Shown here piece after piece: positions 43,065 through 45,491 of a DNA stretch of 45,491 nt (position 1 is its first letter; each line of letters opens with the position of its first letter). The DNA comes from a virus. Lineage: Duplodnaviria > Caudoviricetes. The stretch is from IMG/VR virus record IMGVR_UViG_3300018083_000049, positions 1-45,491 of that record; one strand, 5' to 3'. Both the position numbers and the translations under genes were made by a program. Under the pieces are notes generated by a model that ran no database searches, was not told the DNA's origin, and saw only the letters and a program-made list of their open reading frames with translations.

Positions 43065-43648
43065 TACTCACTCTCCATCTCGATGATAGGCATTGTAGAG
43101 ATTTCTTTCCTTACAATCTCGATAACGAGTCCACCATCCAGCTTGTGGCGATGTTCGATCACATCGCTAGGACGATGACCGCTACGATCAAGGATATCCT
43201 TCGCAGCAGCCATACGATCAGCACGTGTGCCTTCTTCCATCGCACGCACGATCACACCAGCGGCATTCTTGGCTTGTTTCACGAACAAATCACGAACCAC
43301 GTTCGTTTCACTGTCCAATACACTACGGACAACCGTATCATGCATCTGCTGATACGCATCACTCTTCCTGATACGCGTAATCTGATCAATCGTCAGGCCA
43401 GTTGCAATCGCGATCTCCTCGATATCCAAACCAAACAGCGAATAGCTGAGAATGACGCTCACGGCGTTCATTGTCTTAGGAACTTCAGGTAGCTCACTCA
43501 GCTTGCGTCGTGCCGCTACAACGATACGCACGGCATCGTCTGGCGTTGGCACTTCTACTCTTACATTCTCAGCTTGTGCCTGCCCATCTGGATAAATGAT
43601 ACTGCCATCAGCTAATCGCAGCGGTTCATTCATACGCGGCATAGACAT
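43064..43648 (-). CDS. terS: Probable terminase small subunit
   Basis: HTH EEIAIATGLTIDQI, helical core, AAAKDILDRSG motif; upstream of TerL. Confidence 0.7.
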   Translation of the reverse strand: MSMPRMNEPLRLADGSIIYPDGQAQAENVRVEVPTPDDAVRIVVAARRKLSELPEVPKTMNAVSVILSYSLFGLDIEEIAIATGLTIDQITRIRKSDAYQQMHDTVVRSVLDSETNVVRDLFVKQAKNAAGVIVRAMEEGTRADRMAAAKDILDRSGHRPSDVIEHRHKLDGGLVIEIVRKEISTMPIIEMESE

Positions 43649-44595
43649 TAGACACGTACCTTAGGAATACGTGCACGTGCACGAGTCTTAGCACGCTTAG
43701 GCGCGGGTTCATCAGCGGGAACTGCTTTATCAATCGCTGCCTTAGCAGGCTCTACACGCGATCCATATTCTGCTTCAAACCCAGCACCACTTGGTGCGGC
43801 TGGCGGTGTTCGTGAGCCATACTCAGGACTAAATCCCGCACCAGTTGGAGCAGTTCCTCTTGCTCCTGGTAACGGACCATATTCAGCACTAAATCCAGGC
43901 CCACTTGGTGGCTTTGGGCGAGGACCGGTTGGATACTCAGGATCAAATCCAGGACCACTTGGTGGACGTGGCGCTGTTGGCGACGGTGTTGGTGTAGTTG
44001 GTGGAACAACAGGTGGAACACTGGGAGTAGGAGAACCGCCGCCCATTAACATGCGTAGAATAAGCGCACCTAATCCACCCGCGCCAACAGCAGCAGCAGC
44101 ACCTCCACCTCCCATACCAGTTGGATCATTGCTACCATCCAGAATAGGAATACCATCTGGACTCATCATAGGCATACCACTCGATGTGGGCGGCGCTGGC
44201 GCAACAGCAGGCGGCATCGTAGCACTATCGCTTGCCGCATTCGGCGCTGTTCCTTGTGGAGGAGGAATTGGTGGTGTCGGCAATCGTGTCGCACCACGTG
44301 ATGGTGACGGTTGCGCACTTGTTCTGCCACCGTTATTGGTAACTGACGGCATCGCAACAGATGTGGTCGGCGAGGCACGCGGCGGAATAACATACGACCC
44401 AGGTTGTCCGCCATCTCCACCACCACTACCATCACCACCAACATTGGTTCCGGGCGGATAACTTGCGGCATCACCAAGCAAGTTCATAGGTGGTAACGGT
44501 TGCGCATTGGATTGATTGCCGCTTCGTTCCAACATCATGAGCATGGACCGCTCACCAGGAGACAATCGGCTCATTTGTTCAGCTGTGATCGGCAT
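43648..44595 (-). CDS. Pro/Gly-rich disordered protein (315 aa) with four GxGFxxEY repeats and a basic tail
   Basis: GGAGG RBS; PSGPGFDPEY / PSGPGFSAEY / PTGAGFSPEY / PSGAGFEAEY; central GAAAAVGAGGLGALIL segment. Confidence 0.7.
   Translation of the reverse strand: MPITAEQMSRLSPGERSMLMMLERSGNQSNAQPLPPMNLLGDAASYPPGTNVGGDGSGGGDGGQPGSYVIPPRASPTTSVAMPSVTNNGGRTSAQPSPSRGATRLPTPPIPPPQGTAPNAASDSATMPPAVAPAPPTSSGMPMMSPDGIPILDGSNDPTGMGGGGAAAAVGAGGLGALILRMLMGGGSPTPSVPPVVPPTTPTPSPTAPRPPSGPGFDPEYPTGPRPKPPSGPGFSAEYGPLPGARGTAPTGAGFSPEYGSRTPPAAPSGAGFEAEYGSRVEPAKAAIDKAVPADEPAPKRAKTRARARIPKVRV
43763..43962 (-). repeat. Four ~32-nt imperfect coding repeats
   Basis: Units begin at 43763, 43817, 43877 and 43931 (periods 54/60/54, all in frame). 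Confidence 0.8.
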
Positions 44596-44597
44596 AT

Positions 44598-45029
44598 TCA
44601 GAAACCTCCCTTACCACCACCACCATTACCACTTAAATCAGGCGGATACGTGGACGGTTGCACAACCCTGGATATCAGGGACTGCCACGCGACCAGATCA
44701 CTTGCATTGGTGTTGCGATTCACGATGTTAATCGTTTCGATTGGGATCACGCCACCGGGAGAACCCTGTTCCCACTTGATTTGCTTCTTGGTTTGTGTCG
44801 CATTCGCACCAACAGCGGCACCCAACAGCGTGTAGAGGATGCGTGTCGAGGCAATCGTGCCTCCACCATTGCGTAGCATCTTGACAATTCGGTCATCACC
44901 CTGTTGGATGCCATTGACTTGCACCTGACCCGTCGTCACACCGTTAGCAGCCGACCCAGCACCGAGCGTATTGCTATAGCCAGTGAATGATAAGTATCCA
45001 GGCGTCCCACCAAGACCATAGGTAGCCAT
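44598..45029 (-). CDS. First late-arm protein (143 aa), Gly-rich, possibly structural
   Basis: ATG 45029 with GGAG RBS inside ORF 44598..45089; C-terminal YPPDLSGNGGG. Confidence 0.75.
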   Translation of the reverse strand: MATYGLGGTPGYLSFTGYSNTLGAGSAANGVTTGQVQVNGIQQGDDRIVKMLRNGGGTIASTRILYTLLGAAVGANATQTKKQIKWEQGSPGGVIPIETINIVNRNTNASDLVAWQSLISRVVQPSTYPPDLSGNGGGGKGGF

Positions 45030-45491
45030 GCGCATCTCCATAATTTGGGTAAACCTCCATGGAGCCTTCCACTTGCTTGATAAAAGCACAAGCCCTCATG
45101 TCTACAACCAGACACAAAGTACGGATCTACCCGTAGATACTAAATCGACCGATAATTATCCCATATATGCCATTATACAATAGCATATAGTATATAACAC
45201 ATGCTGCTATATGTTATATAATAGGGATACGACATACTATGCATGGCAATGCACTGCAACACACGCTAAACACACGCACAGGAGTACAATGGACGTGATC
45301 CGTGGTGACACAGGTGCTATACGTCTGTCCAGCCCATATAGTATACCCCTATTTGGGAATTGTAGGGGGGACACGGGGGGTATGGCCTTGTTGCGCACAC
45401 GCATGTATACGCTAGCATACCAATAGCATTGCTCATCATGTGGTGGATTATCATATCAGATGATGGGTATGTGAGACTGACAGGCGCGGAC

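Larger units (their letters stand above)
1..45491. mobile_element. Complete or near-complete podovirus-like dsDNA phage genome, probably lytic, probable alphaproteobacterial host
   Basis: TerS/TerL/portal/scaffold/capsid/adaptor/nozzle/fibres/internal virion proteins on the - strand and replication genes on the + strand. No tape measure, sheath or integrase recognised. Both ends are non-coding. A GcrA-like gene suggests the host group. Confidence 0.93.

Noticed and set aside
43763-43962. Four ~32-nt repeats with 22-28-nt spacers resembling a mini CRISPR array
   Set aside because: Periods are multiples of 3, differences are largely synonymous or conservative in the 315-aa ORF, the repeats are not palindromic, and no cas genes are present. 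It is a protein repeat.
1-45491. Direct or inverted terminal repeats, attachment sites, integrase/repressor lysogeny module, phage RNA polymerase, DGR or retron reverse transcriptase
   Set aside because: No matching end sequences seen by eye beyond short motifs, and no ORF carries the relevant catalytic motifs.

Overview
The window looks like a complete or nearly complete ~45.5 kb tailed-phage genome with podovirus architecture, built as two convergent arms. The + strand (about 0.6-17.6 kb) carries early and replication genes. These include a monocistronic first gene with a perfect sigma70 promoter and terminator, many small ORFs, a GcrA-like HTH (pointing to an alphaproteobacterial host), an HNH endonuclease and a DUF932-like protein. 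They continue with a Cas4/AddB-like exonuclease + Sak4-like ATPase + SSB-like recombination module, a RecD-like helicase, a family A DNA polymerase fused to a degenerate family-4 UDG domain, and a DUF3987-like ATPase. The - strand (about 45.0-17.6 kb) carries TerS, TerL, portal, scaffold, major capsid, adaptor, three tail fibres/spikes (one with an SGNH esterase, one with an S74 chaperone), a nozzle, and four internal virion/ejection proteins interleaved with two GNAT acetyltransferases. I could not recognise an integrase, RNA polymerase, primase, endolysin, tRNA or CRISPR array. Most notable: (i) a highly structured non-coding element at ~1950-2160 with a kissing-loop/pseudoknot, next to a ColE1 pas-like hairpin, in a genome with no visible primase; (ii) a stand-alone polyvalent-protein-type ADP-ribosyltransferase between terminase and portal, plus two GNAT/ejection-protein pairs and an LPD38-like giant core protein, which together suggest a virion-associated modification toolkit; (iii) a UDG-PolA with His at the 762-equivalent position; (iv) a duplicated two-gene early micro-module missed by the ORF track; (v) GC-rich receptor-binding modules that appear to be swapped at an FLPLxGGT motif. 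All family calls come from motif recognition by eye; no searches were run.
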